From: Eledone cirrhosa
Lineage: Eukaryota
Direction: 5' to 3'
Assembly (NCBI GenBank): GCA_964016885.1
Contig: OZ024746.1
Span: 46,562,001 to 46,626,000 of the forward strand
DNA: 64,000 nt
A model generated the notes under the pieces. It ran no database searches. It was not told where the DNA came from and was given only the letters and a program-made list of their open reading frames with translations. Shown here one piece after another: positions 1-15,653 of the stretch. Within the stretch, counting starts at the first letter, position 1; the number at the start of each line of letters is the position of its first letter. The translations under genes were made by a program, and so were the position numbers.

Positions 1-117
1 CAATTAACTTTTATACATTTATGAAGCGATGAAATTTTCACACATGAAACTATGTACATATAAATATACTGAAGAATTCACATATATTCTCTCTCCCTCA
101 TATATATATATATATAT

Positions 118-222
118 AGGAACGAGTAGGTCCTACTCATTCCTATTACCCACTCTACTACCCTAAGTATTGAGTACTTTGGTGCGTTATGGTCGACCTG
201 GTTCCTTACCACATTTCCTTTG

Positions 223-225
<3 letters not shown>
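118..225 (+). repeat. PLE-derived terminal fragment, family F10 (other copies 2242-2383 minus, 34791-34986 plus)
   Basis: Shared tail CTATTACCCACTCTACTACC...GGTGCGTTATGG...ACCACATTTCCTT in three copies, each flanked by (TA)n. Confidence 0.6.
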
Positions 226-256
<31 letters not shown>

Positions 257-317
257 GTATATATCATCATCATCGTTTTTACATCCATTTTTCCATCTAA
301 AACAACAATGGCGATGA

Positions 318-402
<85 letters not shown>

Positions 403-404
403 CA

Positions 405-550
405 ATATTAAATAAATGGAAACTATATTTATAAAACCATATTTATTTCATTATATATATTTCAGGGATATCATATTAACAATATGCTATGCCTTCCTCA
501 GACAAAATACAATATAAACAGTTTTATAGATAAATAGATTCGACATACCG
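405..550 (-). mobile_element. PLE pLTR fragment, family F1, with HHR at 444-509
   Basis: Minus strand TATTTTGT-CTGAGGA-stem II-GAAA-TATATA-TA-ATGAAATA; homologous to 37250-37393 and 43127-43362. Confidence 0.7.
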
Positions 551-1728
551 TAACATCTACTTGCATTTGGACAATAGCATGTACATCAGGGTGTTTGCTT
601 AGGATGATTATAGGATATAATGAGTTAGATAATTTCACATGCTGTTTTTATTTTTGCCTAGCCTCAGTTCAGCCCCAGTTAAGCAGAGCTATAACCTAAA
701 ATATTGCAGCCATAACCACATCAATTTCTTTATTAGTATTTAGTATTTCATTATCAAGTATGAGCTGGGAGTAATTTGGCTGCTATTTCACATAGGGAAC
801 CACCCTAATTAACTAATTAATTTGATATAGTACAATGCAAAATATTAAATCTGATTCTAGTGGAGCTACAGGATAAATGAAAATATTTCACTCAGGGATA
901 CAACAAAATGGTTAAAATTTCACTCTCTATATTTCTAATACAAACTCATTCACACATTTTAAAATTTACACTTATGAATATTTGTCTTTTAAATGTTCAC
1001 ACATTTCCTTATGCTGTTTGAAATTAAGACATACCACAAAAGATTGTACAAATAATTTGATCTCTAATTTCTTCCTAGTGCCAAATATTGAATTGCTAAT
1101 TGATAGTTATGTTCAACTTTGTTGATGGACGTAATTAGAGCAAGGTATCAGATTTCAGAACAAATTTTAAATGAAAGTGAAACTGATTGAATCAATGAAC
1201 ACGTTAGCTTATGTTAAAACTACAATAGTTGTATGGTTATGGAACAGAAATATGTCATAGAATCCGAAGACAAATATAAATTAGATTATGTTACATTGTC
1301 AGAAATAAAACCTATTTTCAGTTGAGATTTTACAGATGTGTTAACAAGGACATTCATTTAGACAACCTATGCATGTTCCAACACTTCATGAAAATGCTTG
1401 AAACTACAGAATCAATTATTTCATGCCAATATTCATAAACTACAACAAAACATTCAGATAATATTATATGCACATGAACAAACGCTATCGATTCTTTAGT
1501 GGTGTGTCCATAAATGCATTCATAGACGGGGACACACACACACATGTATGTATGCATATATTATATCATTTTATCTATTAATGTTCAGATACGGAATAAA
1601 AGTGCAATCTAAGGTTTCGAAGCCCAATAGTGACCATATTCGGATTGTAAGAGGGATGAAAATTGTGACCTAATCTTCAGACGCTCAGACGAGCTTGAAG
1701 ATACCATTAAAAGTATTATATCAAAGGG

Positions 1729-1854
<126 letters not shown>

Positions 1855-2183
1855 GAAAATATAAAATATATAAGTATAAATATCCATAAAATAAATGTCG
1901 TACATGTATAGAAAATATTTCTTACAGATGTATACATATATGTATGTGTGTATATTGTTTTCACCATGATGTGCTGTATACCACTTATGTCTCTACTAGT
2001 CTCTCTTTTCCCCTTTCCTCTGTTTCGTTCTCTCAATCAATACTTATGAAGACGAGCCCAAATTTACAAGCCTTTCTACTTCTTTTTCCAAACCGTCAAC
2101 GTAATAATTATAGTTGTTTAGCTTGTATTTCGTGTCGTTCTTTCGATGTCGTAGATTTAACATACACACACACACACACATAT

Positions 2184-2237
<54 letters not shown>

Positions 2238-2241
2238 ATAT

Positions 2242-2383
2242 ATAACGAAGGAAGTGTGATAAGGAACCAGGTGGGCCATAACGCACCAGAGTACTCGATA
2301 CTTTGGGTAGTAGAGTGGCTAATAGAGAGAATTTGCCATCGAAACGGCTTGAGCTCTCCCGTCGGGGTCTTGACTCTTTTCCT
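2242..2383 (-). repeat. Family F10 fragment with the 3' half of an HHR
   Basis: Reverse complement of 34791-34986 lacking one arm; contains CGAAACGGCTTGAGCTC..CGTC. Confidence 0.6.
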
Positions 2384-2529
2384 ATATATATATATATTTC
2401 ATGATACAACAAAACTTTATCCTGCTACCGTTTATGATTATAACTCTGAACATTTTTTACAAACTGTATCTTAACTTGGGACTAAACTGAAAATATATTC
2501 TATTATGAACTGAAGATTTATATTATCCA

Positions 2530-3240
2530 TAAAAGCAACGTCTGTATACCTGTTAACAGAAGAACAAAATAACAGATGGTTTGATCACTTTCATGAGACA
2601 TTGAACCAGCCAGATCCAATCCCACCCTTTGACGTCTACTCAGAATCACCAGCTGAACCTCTTTAAGTAAACACTAACATCACAGTGGACAAAAATACAG
2701 GAAGCACTGAAAAAATTAAGAACAAAGCTACCGAATATGATCAAATTTCAGCTGAGCTCTTGAAAGGTGGGGGAGCAGGTTTTTCAGTGCTGTTAATAAT
2801 TGGTAACAGCACTAAAAAAACCTGCTCCAAAAGTATTGAGAATACAAGCGAGTTCTGGCTGATTGGAGGTGAGTTTCCGAAAAAAGAAACCTTGGAAACT
2901 GCAACAATCGGAGAAGAATTACATTGCTCTCCGTAACATGAAACCATTTTTTGTACTGTATTACTGAACAAGATTAGGTAGAAAATTGATGAAAAATTGC
3001 AAGATGAACAATTATGATTCCATTTTAACTACTCATGCACAGTATAAAGTTATACACTGAGAAATATCGTGGAACAATGAATAGAGTTTCAGCATATCCT
3101 GTCAATCCACTTCATGGACTTCAAAAAGGCTTTTCACAGCATCCATCAGAAATCTCTACGGAAGATGCACAAGTCTTTAGTACCTCCTGACAGTACCTCA
3201 TCTTCTGGAATCTTTATGAAAATTCTGCCGTCGTTCCACC
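2530..3240 (+). pseudogene. Degenerate RTE-clade LINE reverse transcriptase fragment
   Basis: Broken frames give WFDHFHETLNQPDP, KATEYDQISAELLKGG and FMDFKKAFHSIHQ, with many stops and frameshifts. Confidence 0.75.
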
Positions 3241-3890
3241 CGTCTAGGAAGTCTTGCGAAGGTAATGGGCACTGCCCTTCTGACTAAGCCATAAAATAAG
3301 AATCAAATAAAAGTCTAAGCAAGCCAACTTGGTGATTCATTGTGCGTTGGATAAAATATTACAATCTCGAAGTTCAGTCCCACGAATTATATGGAATAGG
3401 CAGGATAGCTCATTGGTATTTTCAAAGGTAGTTTGTTTCAGTACTGAACAGAAAAAAAGTATCTGTTCTATGAACTGTAGTTGTGTGAGCGAGGATTAGA
3501 TTTAACTTATCGTATCTTTAACTTATCGTAACTTATCGTATCTTTAGTTCATCAGCACGGATATGTGACTATATGTGTCTAAATTTACACCCGAATCAGG
3601 TAAAAGTGTATACTAAATTTTCTTTTGATTTGAATGCCGGAAATATATGGATATCTCGAGCAACTGAAAATATTGAATGAAACCAAACACAAACAACGTC
3701 AAGGTCACTTTCAACCTTACACTTGAAAATTATATATATATATATCAAGTAAGAATATTTTCGAAACAGCGAGTGGGTTTGAAAGTATTAGAAATGTAAG
3801 TTATCGCCGTATTTTAACTAAAAAATTAAAGAAATTATTTAGCCTGATAGTGGGGTTAAGAACCTCCGTAGAAATGGAAAAAGATGAGTA

Positions 3891-3963
3891 TTGACGGACA
3901 TGGGAGTCGAACTCACATCTTTGGTTGTCCGGACAATTGTGCTACCATTTACACCAAAACATC
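3891..3963 (-). other. tRNA-derived sequence (SINE head or tRNA pseudogene) inside a ~280 bp insert (3745-4020) in (TA)n
   Basis: Minus strand A box TGGTGTAAATGG and B box GAGTTCGACTC at tRNA spacing; acceptor stem imperfect. Confidence 0.55.
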
Positions 3964-4042
3964 GCCCGTCTCTTTCCATTCAAATTAGAAGCTATAAACT
4001 TAGCGACTGTAATGTCAGGTATATATATATATACTATATATA

Positions 4043-4086
<44 letters not shown>

Positions 4087-4418
4087 TATATATATATATA
4101 CTCTATATATATATACTCTCTCTATATATATATATATAATAATATATATATATAGTATATGTATATATAGTATATGTATATATAGTATATATATATATAG
4201 TATATATATATATAGTATATATATATATATATAGTATATATATATAGTATATATATAGTATATATATATATATAGTATATATATAGTATATAGTATATAT
4301 ATAGTATATGTATATATAGTATATGTATATATAGTATACGTATATATAGTATATGTATATATAGTATATGTATATATAGTATATATATATATATATAGTA
4401 TATATATAGTATATATAT

Positions 4419-4938
4419 ATATTTATTAAAATAACAAATTAAAGTTTAAGCAAAGAATCGCTGCTTTCACCCTTAACGGGATCTTCTGAAACTAACAAAG
4501 TCAATCTGTAAACGCAGAACTGGATATTTCAAAAAACGTTGCTATCGGAGGAAGACAGGCAGACTATACTTTGGTTCGTGGTAACGTTCGCTGGCAAAGA
4601 ACGTGGTTTTGTCTTTGCGCGTAATTGTTTTTCACCGCTCCTATTAATGACGTTTATTCGTTTTTTCCCGTTCTTTGCCAGCGAACGTTACCACGAACCA
4701 AAATATAGTCTTCCTGTCTTCCTCCGGTTGCAACGTTTTTTGAAATATCCAGTTCTGCGTTTACAGATTGACTTTGTTAGTTTCAGAAGATCCCGTTAAG
4801 GGTGAAAGCAGCGATTCTTTGCTTAAACTTTAATCTGTTATTTTAATAAATATTTGCTCTACGGTTCTTATATATTTGATATATATTTTCCTTATCGAGC
4901 CCTCTTTGGATTTTAGTCTTCAATTTTATTATTATTAC
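4419..4938 (+). mobile_element. Fold-back PLE terminal insertion, family F2, HHR on both strands (4433-4509 minus, 4763-4838 plus)
   Basis: Inverted arms about 4419-4600 and 4668-4855 plus an unpaired tail to 4938; same sequence follows the GIY-YIG ORF at 33062-34403. Confidence 0.85.
4763..4838 (+). ncRNA. Type I hammerhead variant (F2)
   Basis: ACAGATTGA(bulge)AGTTT-CAGAAGA-T CCC gttaa GGG T-GAAA-GCA..TGC-TT-AAACT TTAATCTGT; extended bulged stem I; other copies 33169-33244 and 60227-60302 minus. Confidence 0.65.
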
Positions 4939-5115
4939 TATAGTATATATATATATATAGTATATATATATATATAGTATATATATATATATAGTATATA
5001 TATATATATAGTATATATATAGTATATATATATATAGTATATATATATATAGTATATATATATATCGTATATATATATATATATATATACTATATGTATA
5101 TATATATATATATAC

Positions 5116-5193
<78 letters not shown>

Positions 5194-5220
5194 TATATGT
5201 ATATATATATATATATATAC

Positions 5221-5257
<37 letters not shown>

Positions 5258-5332
5258 TATATGTATATATATATATATTACTATATATATATAATATATG
5301 TATATATATATACTATATGTATATATATATAC

Positions 5333-5366
<34 letters not shown>

Positions 5367-5414
5367 CTATATGTATATATATATATAGTATATATATATA
5401 TATATATATATATA

Positions 5415-5454
<40 letters not shown>

Positions 5455-6319
5455 TATATATATATATATATACATATAGTATATGTATATATATATATAT
5501 AGTATATATATATATAGTATATATACTATATGTATATATACTATATATATATAGTATATATATATATAGTATATATATATATAGATGCTATATGTATATT
5601 TATATATAGTATATATATATATATACTATATGTATATGTATATATAGTATATATATATATAAACTATATATATATATATAGTATATAACTATATAGTATA
5701 TAGCATATATATATATATATACTATATACTATATAGTTATATACTATATATATATATATAGTATATAATATATATAGTATATATAAATATATACATATAG
5801 TATATATATATATAGTATATATATATATAGTATATAGTATTTATATATATATATATATGCTATATGTATATATATATATATATATATATACTATATCTAT
5901 ATATATATGTAGTATATATATATAGTATATAGTATATATATATACTATATACTATTTCTCTCTATATATATAGTATATATATATATCGTATATAGTATAT
6001 ATATATATACTATATGTATATATATAGTATATATATATATACTATATGTATATATATATATGTAGATATACTATATTTATATATATATGTAGTATATATA
6101 TATATAGTATATAGTATATATATATACTATATACTATATGTATATATATATATAGTATATATATATATATAGTATATAGTATATATAATATATATACTAT
6201 ATGTATATATATATATAGTATATCTATATATATACTATATGTATATATATATATATAGTATATATATGTATATAGTATATACATATATATACTATATGTA
6301 TATATATATAGTATATATA

Positions 6320-7040
6320 GACTTGAGGCAAGAGTGATTGTTTTGCTCGCATAGGACTGTCTGGCGGGTTTTCTACAGCTGGATGCCCTTCCTAACACCA
6401 ACCACATTTACAGTGTGGGGCTGGGAGGTTTTTACCGTGTTACCTACACGGCTACATTACAGCGTGGACTGTCTGGCGGGTTTTCTTTAGCTGGATGCCC
6501 TTCCTAACACCAAACACATTTACAGTGTGGGGCTGGGAGGTTTTTACCGTGTTGCCTACACGGCCACATTACAGCGTGGACTGTGTTTATTTGTCATGAC
6601 ACCTACACGATCTCATTTGTTTCGGCCTGGATGTTGTGGCACCAACATAACTTTACATTGAAAGGGGCGGTGTGGATGGGGCGGGGGGGGGGGGGGGGGG
6701 GGGACGTAGGTATATTTTGTTAGAGATGCCTACTGACTGTAGTAGGTTTTACTTTGTATTTAGGTAAGGCGGGTCTTGTCTATTACTGAGTACCGCCAAA
6801 GCTCTCGGTCCAGTAAAATTGTCTTGGAGAGGTGTAAGTGTGTGAGGTCGGAATTTATCAGCTCGTCCCAGGTTTTTCTGGGTCTGCCTACACCGTAGCT
6901 ACCGTCTATCTTTATTGCCCTGCACTTTGTTATACAGCTGTCGTCTTTCATGCGCATCACGTGACCATACCAACGTAGCCTTCTCTCGAGTAAACAACAT
7001 CTGATCCCTCTTATTTCTAATTTTTTCCTTAGTTCGCTTA
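6320..7040 (-). mobile_element. 5'-truncated RTE-like LINE 3' end (ORF tail and 3' UTR), with an internal ~110 bp tandem duplication
   Basis: RRLRWYGHVMRM...GRPRKTWDE...DRELWR; GGATGCCCTTCCT UTR motif. Confidence 0.85.
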
Positions 7041-7110
7041 CTATATATATATATATATACTATATATATATATACATATAGTATATAGTAATATATATAT
7101 ATATACTATA

Positions 7111-7173
<63 letters not shown>

Positions 7174-7319
7174 TATATACTATATTTATATATAGTATAT
7201 ATATATTTATATATATATATATATATATACTATATACTATATTTATATATAGTATATATATATAGTATATATATATATATATATATATATACTATATGTA
7301 TATATATATATAGTATATA

Positions 7320-7371
<52 letters not shown>

Positions 7372-7521
7372 TATATATATATATCATGATAAATTAACGG
7401 AGGCATAGGCCGTCGTTATTCCCTGTAAATAATGTGCTCAAAGGGGAAGAGATCCTGAGCCCTTTAAAATATAATATGTTGAGAAGGTAACACACCAGAG
7501 AGAGATATATAGTGCGTTATC

Positions 7522-7708
7522 AATAATTGTTTCTACTTTAGGCACAAGGCAGCAATTACCCAGTGCATTACTGGTACTTTATTTTATCGACCCCGTAAGG
7601 ATGAAAGGCAATGATAACCTCGGCGGGATTTGAACTCAGTCCGTAAAGGGACGTAACTATGCTGCAAAGCATGGCGTCCGACCCTCTACCGATACTGCCA
7701 ATCCACAT
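7522..7708 (-). mobile_element. tRNA-derived SINE with Meta-domain-like body
   Basis: Minus strand A box TGGCAGTATCGG, B box GAGTTCAAAT, GCCTTTCATCCTTACGGGGTCGATAAA; second copy at 29520-29665. Confidence 0.7.
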
Positions 7709-7839
7709 CAATAATACAGGGAAAAAACCACCAGTGTATGGAATCTATAACCTATGAAAGGCAGACTATAGACACGATAATTAAAAATATAAATTAAAGC
7801 GTAAATAAATACCTTTATAACTATATAACACACGTACAA

Positions 7840-7905
7840 ATCCAAAGATATGTTTCACCAAAAAATTTGTTGAAAGAAATGGTCTAGTCTCGGTTCATCA
7901 GCGTG
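7840..7905 (-). ncRNA. Degenerate hammerhead-like motif (F3) in a probable PLE fragment (7710-7962)
   Basis: CTGATGA-ACC...GGT-GAAA-CATATC; stems I and III are poor. Confidence 0.35.
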
Positions 7906-8114
7906 TGTAAGGCCATACATTTCAGACAACACTAAGAGAATTTTACAAACCTTCTCAACATACTATATATATATATATATATATACTATATCTCTCTCTA
8001 TATATATAGTATATATATATATAGTATATAGTATATATATATATAGTATATAGTATATATATATATATATACTATATACTATATGTATATATATATATAG
8101 TATATATATATATA

Positions 8115-8776
8115 GTAAGCGAACTAAGGAAAAAATTAGAAATAAGAGGGATCAGATTTTGTTTACTCGAGAGAAGGCTACGTTGGTATGGTCACGTGAT
8201 GCGCATGAAAGACGACAGCTGTATAACAAAGTGCAGGGCAATAAAGATAGACGGTAGCTACGGTGTAGGCAGACCCAGAAAAACCTGGGACGAGCTGATA
8301 AATTCCGACCTCACACACTTACACCTCTCCAAGACAATGTCACTGGACCGAGAGCTTTGGCGGTACTCAGTAATAGAGAAGACCCGCCTTACCTAAATAG
8401 AAAGCAAAACCTACTACAGTCAGTAGGCATCTCTAACAAAATACATCCCCGTCCACCACCCCCGCCCCATCCACACCGCCCCTTTCAATGTAAAGTTATG
8501 TTGGTGCCACAACATCCAGGCCAAAACAAATGAGATCGTGTAGGTGTCACGACAAAAAAACACACAGTCCACGCTGTAATGTGGCCGTGTAGGCAACACG
8601 GTAAGAACCTCCCAGCCCCACACTGTAAAATGTGGTTGATGTTAGGAAGGTAGAAAACCCGCCAGACAGTCCTATGCGAGCAGACAATCACTCTTGCCTA
8701 AGTGGGAAACCCCCGTCCGAACCATGCAAGCGTGGAACACGGACGTTAACGTTGATGATGATGATGATGATGATGA
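8115..8776 (+). mobile_element. 5'-truncated RTE-like LINE 3' end with (GAT)n tail; inverted partner of 6320-7040
   Basis: Same peptide and same 5' truncation point (AGTAAGCGAACTAAGG). Confidence 0.85.
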
Positions 8777-9672
8777 GTATATAGTATATATATATATATA
8801 TAATATACATATATATATAGTATATATATATAATATATATATATAGTATATAGTATATATATAATATACTATACGTATATATATATCGTATATATATAGA
8901 GTAAGAGATAATATATATATATTATACTATATGTATATATATATAGTATATATATAATATATATATACTATATGTATATATATATAGATATAGTATATAT
9001 ATATATATATATACTATATGTATATATATATATATAGTATATATATATATAGTATATAGTATATATATATATACTATATGTATATATATACTATATGTAT
9101 ATTAATATAGTATATATATATATAGTATATAGTATATATATATATACTATATTATATATATATATATATATATACTATATGTATATATATAGTATATATA
9201 TATATATTATATATAGTATATATAGTAAATATATATACTATATGTATATATATATATAGTATATATATATATAGTATATATAGTATATAGTATATATATA
9301 TATAGTACTATATATATATATATACATTTAGTATATATATATATACTAAATACTATATAAATATATATTCTATATATATACATATTATATATATATATAT
9401 ACTATATACTATATATATACTAAATACTATATAAATATATACTATATATATACATATAACATATATATATATATATATATACTATATACTATATACTATA
9501 TATATACTATATATATATATATACACATAGTATATATATATACTATATACTATATATATAGAGTATATATATATATATACTATATATATAAATAGTATAT
9601 ATATATATAGTATATATAGTATATATATAATATATATATATACTATATATATATATACTATATATATAGTAT

Positions 9673-9710
<38 letters not shown>

Positions 9711-9723
9711 CTATATATATATA

Positions 9724-9762
<39 letters not shown>

Positions 9763-9791
9763 TATATATATATATACTATATATATAGTAT

Positions 9792-9823
<32 letters not shown>

Positions 9824-9924
9824 CTATATTTATATATATATACTATATATATATATACAATATATATAGTATATATGGAATATATATATATAGTATATAA
9901 TGGAATATATATATATAGTATATA

Positions 9925-10120
9925 ATGAAATCATATCCGCTCTCTTGCTCTGGAACCCTGACTCCAGCCTGACTAGGAGTAGGAAGCTGTCATTCCCTGA
10001 TGTTATCTCTAGGGATACGGGAATCAGTAGACAGGACCTGAGGCAGCGATGGGGGACAGGGAATTCTGGGGCATGAGAGTGAGATCCGTCATCTCCGATA
10101 GTAGTCGACGAATGATGATG
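9925..10120 (+). mobile_element. RTE LINE extreme 3' fragment
   Basis: LLLWNPD..RKLSFPDVISRDTG..AAMGDREFW followed by (ATG)n. Confidence 0.7.
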
Positions 10121-10297
10121 ATATATATATATATATACTATATATATATATACTATATATATATATATATACTATATATATATATAGTATATATACATAT
10201 AGTATATATATATACTATATATATATATATACTATATATATATATTACTATATATATATATAGTATATATATATATATTATATATATATATATATAC

Positions 10298-10328
<31 letters not shown>

Positions 10329-10389
10329 CTATATATATATATAGTATATATATATATATAGTATATATATATATATATATACTATATAT

Positions 10390-11793
10390 ATGAAAGGGGC
10401 ACCGAACGGGCGACTGCGCATTAACACACATAAGAGCGGTCACCTAGATGGTACCACCCGTAGCAAAAGTACAAGGACACGTAATTGCCACCGTAACGTC
10501 CTATGGTTCCACTCCCCCTACTCTCGAAGTGTGGCCTCCAACATACCCCGGATGTTCTTCGAAGCCTTAGAGAAGAACTTCCCGCCCAACCATAGGTATA
10601 GAGAAATTCTTAATAGGAACAATATAAAAATATCCTTCTCTACTACTCCTAACCTAGCAGACATCATAGGAACAACGAACCACAGTAAGATCACCAAGAC
10701 ACAGCACCTCGACACAGACGCACCTACACCTGACAATAACTATATCGGCCTTAACAACTCCCTGGCAGCATCCAATAGTGTTGGCAACGGCATCCGCAGA
10801 CGCAACCAGCATAACTGCGAAATGACTGGGGAACATGCAGAACATGACGGGCGGAATAACAATCGCACCACCCCGCGTGCTGTGGGTTGGAATGGTGCTA
10901 ACGACAGCTGCGGTAGCGTAGGTAGCAACGTAGGCAGCAACAATGATAGCCTTACCGTGGGAATAGACGGAACCGTGACAGAAATTGCAAGTGCCACGAC
11001 AGAGGACGCTGCCCCCTTAGAGGATACTGCTTGACTGATAGGGTTATATATAGATGCACTATTACTAGCCACAATAGCGTTAAACATTATATAAGGGCTA
11101 CCTCCGCCCGTTCAAAATTAGGTTTCGAACACATCTCCACTCTTTCACAAATAGAAAACTAAGGCACTCCACTTTGCTCGCGGACTACATCACATCACTA
11201 AAGGACTTAAAATCAACTTCTCCACGCACTGGGAGATTGTCGGCAGGGCTGCACCGTACAACTTCAAGAGGAAATGCGATCTTTGCCTCATGGAGCTCTA
11301 CCACATCATAACTGCACCCCACGAGCTCATCAACAGCAGAGCTGAAACAGCGATAAGTTGTACACATCGTTTAAAAATATCCTTCTTCAGATGGGTTAAG
11401 GATGAGGAGTGAAACCGTACACCGGATCTCACTGCAACAAGTATTAACACCCCGGCGGGCAGGCGCTGCAAAATAACACCCAGGAAACTATCCGTGCATA
11501 CCAGACCCAGCCTCGGACAAACAGATGCGGCAAAAAAAAAAAATTGTCCGGAAAGACTGCACTAACACGGCCAGAGATACCTCACTTGACCTTGCTGCAA
11601 TATCAAAACAAGACATTTTGCGAGCAATGAACCTTGATGTGGATTTAACCCCCAAAACTCTTTCCGAGCAATATAAGGAACACTTGTGATTATTTATGCC
11701 CTTGAGAAGCCAACTGGGCGAAACGTACGTAGGTGGTGTTTTAAATAAACATCTTTTAACGGTCTATTCTCGATTTTTTACTTTCCCACGTAC
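10390..11793 (+). mobile_element. 5'-truncated PLE (Hydra-clade-like): linker, frameshifted GIY-YIG endonuclease, 3' UTR with HHR
   Basis: WFHSPYS..IKISFSTTPNL, then CKCHDRGRCPLRGYC, VIYRC, CDLCLMEL, SCTHR; stop near 11412. Confidence 0.88.
11699..11734 (+). ncRNA. Minimal hammerhead, U3-A8 variant (F4)
   Basis: CC-TTGAGAA-GCC aactg GGC-GAAA-CGTACG-TA-GG; stem I is short. Confidence 0.6.
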
Positions 11794-11844
11794 TATATAT
11801 ATATATATATACTATATATATACTATATATATATATAGTATATA

Positions 11845-11930
<86 letters not shown>

Positions 11931-12198
11931 TATATATATATATACTATATATATATATAGTATATATATATTAATATAGTATATATATATATATATATAT
12001 ATATATACTATATATATATATACTATATATATATATACTATATATATATATAGTATATATATATATATACTATATATATATACTATATATATATACTATA
12101 TATATATAGTATATATATATAGTATATAGTATATATATATATATACTATATATATATATACTATATATATATAAGTATATATATAGTATATATATATA

Positions 12199-12230
<32 letters not shown>

Positions 12231-12345
12231 TATATATATATATATATATATATATACTATATACTATATATATATACTATATATATATATAGTATATATA
12301 TATACTATATATATATATATACTATATATAGTATATATATATATA

Positions 12346-12391
<46 letters not shown>

Positions 12392-12627
12392 TATATAAAT
12401 AGAGTATATAGTATATAGTATATATATACTATATATATATACTATATATATATATAGTATATAGTATATATATACTATATATATATACTATATATATATA
12501 TAGTATATATAGTATATATATAAATATACATATATACTATATATATATATATAGTATATATAGTATATATATGTATATATATATATAGTATATATAGTAT
12601 ATATATATATATATATAGTAATATATA

Positions 12628-12667
<40 letters not shown>

Positions 12668-12696
12668 TATATAGTAATATATATATAGTATATATA

Positions 12697-12732
<36 letters not shown>

Positions 12733-13187
12733 TATATATATATATATACTATATATATATATATATTATAGTATATATATAATAATATATATATATATAT
12801 ATATACTATATATATACTATATATATATATATATATTATAGTATATATATATATATATATATACTATATATATATATATATATTATAGTATATATATATA
12901 TTATAGTATATATATATATACTATATATATATATATATTATAGTATATATATTATATATATTATAGTATATATATATATATACTATATATATATATATAC
13001 ATTATTTATATATATATATATATTATAGTATATATATATATATAGTATATATATATATATATACTATATATATATATCATAGTATATATATATATATATA
13101 TTATATATATATACTATATATATATATATATATTATACTATATATATACTATATATATATATACTACATATATTTATATATATTATA

Positions 13188-13219
<32 letters not shown>

Positions 13220-13292
13220 TATATATATATATATAGTATATATATATATATATATATATAGTATATATAGTATATATGTATATATATATGTA

Positions 13293-13350
<58 letters not shown>

Positions 13351-13415
13351 TATATATATATATATATATATAGTATATATATATATAGTATATATATATA
13401 TACTATATATATATA

Positions 13416-13496
<81 letters not shown>

Positions 13497-13645
13497 TATA
13501 CTATATATATATATATAGTATATATATATATATATATATATACATATATATATACTATATATATATATAAATATAGCATATATATATATATATATAGTAT
13601 ATATATATACTATATATATACTATATATATATATATATATATATA

Positions 13646-13727
<82 letters not shown>
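11794..13727. repeat. Interrupted (TA)n tract; one of many (e.g. 4940-6318, 8777-9925, 14920-16090, 35470-36670, 62550-63324)
   Basis: TA runs punctuated by single C or G. Confidence 0.97.
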
Positions 13728-13730
<3 letters not shown>

Positions 13731-14916
13731 TTTATTAAAATAACAGATTAAACAATGAATCCTTAACGGGGTCTTCTGAAACTAACAAAGTCAATCTGTA
13801 AACGCAGAACTGGATATTTCAAAAAACGTTGCAACTGGAGGAAGAGAGGAAGATGATACTTTGGTTCGTGGTAACATTCGCTGGCAAAGAACGGGAAAAA
13901 ACGAATAAAACGTCATTAATAGGAGCGGTGAAAAACAATTACGCGCAAAGACAGAACCACGTTTATGGTATAAAAGAGGTCGTAGACTAATGTTCTCTTA
14001 GGTGGTGCATAGAGACGTTCTCTAGCGATGAACGAAAAACGAAGGATAATAAGTCATATGTGGAACGTGGAGAACAATAGCACGCAAAGACAAAACCGCG
14101 TAAATGGTATAGCAGAAGTCGTAGACTAAAATTCTAACTAGGAGACCAAATGAATCTCCGCTACAGAGTTAAGAACAACGTAAATAAATACAATACAGAA
14201 GTAATAGAAATAAATAAATACATACACTCAAACAAATACGTACATACACAAGCATGCGCAAAACCTTACCATAGGTATACAAAACCACGCACATATAAAT
14301 ATGTGTGTGTGTGTATGCTTGTGTACAAATAAATAAATAATTATATAAACGTATATAAGTAAATAAATACGTATATAACAAGCGCACAAACATACCTACA
14401 TATAAATATACGATGTTCGGAGACGTAAGTCAACTAAAACAAGAAGTACACATATACACACACCCGCCATATGTACGAACCTGCATACTCACGCAGACGC
14501 AAAACTCCCGTATACACATAGCCAAACCCTAAATACCAGAATATATAAAAATTATACGCCATAACAATCAAATATACGTACGAGAATGTATACATACCTT
14601 CGCAAAACATACGGGTAATGATACTTATCTATGCAAATAAGTAAAGGAATAAACAAAACATATACTTAGCTCCCACATCAAGACGTAAAATATCCACGTA
14701 TACATCGTACTAAATATCCACGTATACATCGTACTATCCGTTAGGGTATAGCGTGGGGCTGTAATACAGTAAAGTTTTGTGCAATTTATGTTTACAAGCC
14801 GAAATTGCCTCAGATTTTTTGTTTAAGATGCGGTCTGTGGCCTAGACAATTTCCAGGGCCTCAGCGGCGCAGAGGTCACATGGTCTTTTATTTCCGTTAT
14901 ACGATCTAGCCCTTAT

Positions 14917-14918
<2 letters not shown>
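13728..14918 (-). mobile_element. PLE family F2 3' fragment (endonuclease C-terminus and ~1 kb 3' UTR; HHR partly deleted)
   Basis: Colinear with 33155-34330; encodes RSYNGNKRPCDLCAAEALEI..ACKHK. Confidence 0.88.
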
Positions 14919-14994
<76 letters not shown>

Positions 14995-15014
14995 TATATA
15001 TATATATATATATA

Positions 15015-15068
<54 letters not shown>

Positions 15069-15195
15069 TATATATATATATATATATATATACTATATAT
15101 ATATATATACTATATATATACTATATATATATACTATATATATACTAATATATATATACTATATATATATATACATACACTATATATACTATATA

Positions 15196-15239
<44 letters not shown>

Positions 15240-15295
15240 TATCTATATATATATATATATATATACTATCTATATATATATATATATACTATATA

Positions 15296-15335
<40 letters not shown>

Positions 15336-15341
15336 TATATA

Positions 15342-15389
<48 letters not shown>

Positions 15390-15436
15390 TATATATATAT
15401 ATATATATATATACTATATATATATATATATATATA

Positions 15437-15476
<40 letters not shown>

Positions 15477-15529
15477 TATATATACTATATATATATATAT
15501 ACTATATATATATATATATATACTATATA

Positions 15530-15569
<40 letters not shown>

Positions 15570-15575
15570 TATATA

Positions 15576-15609
<34 letters not shown>

Positions 15610-15615
15610 TATATA

Positions 15616-15653
<38 letters not shown>

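Noticed and set aside
1610-1690. Minus-strand CTGAAGA...CGAAAC as a hammerhead
   Set aside because: No convincing stem I or stem III pairing
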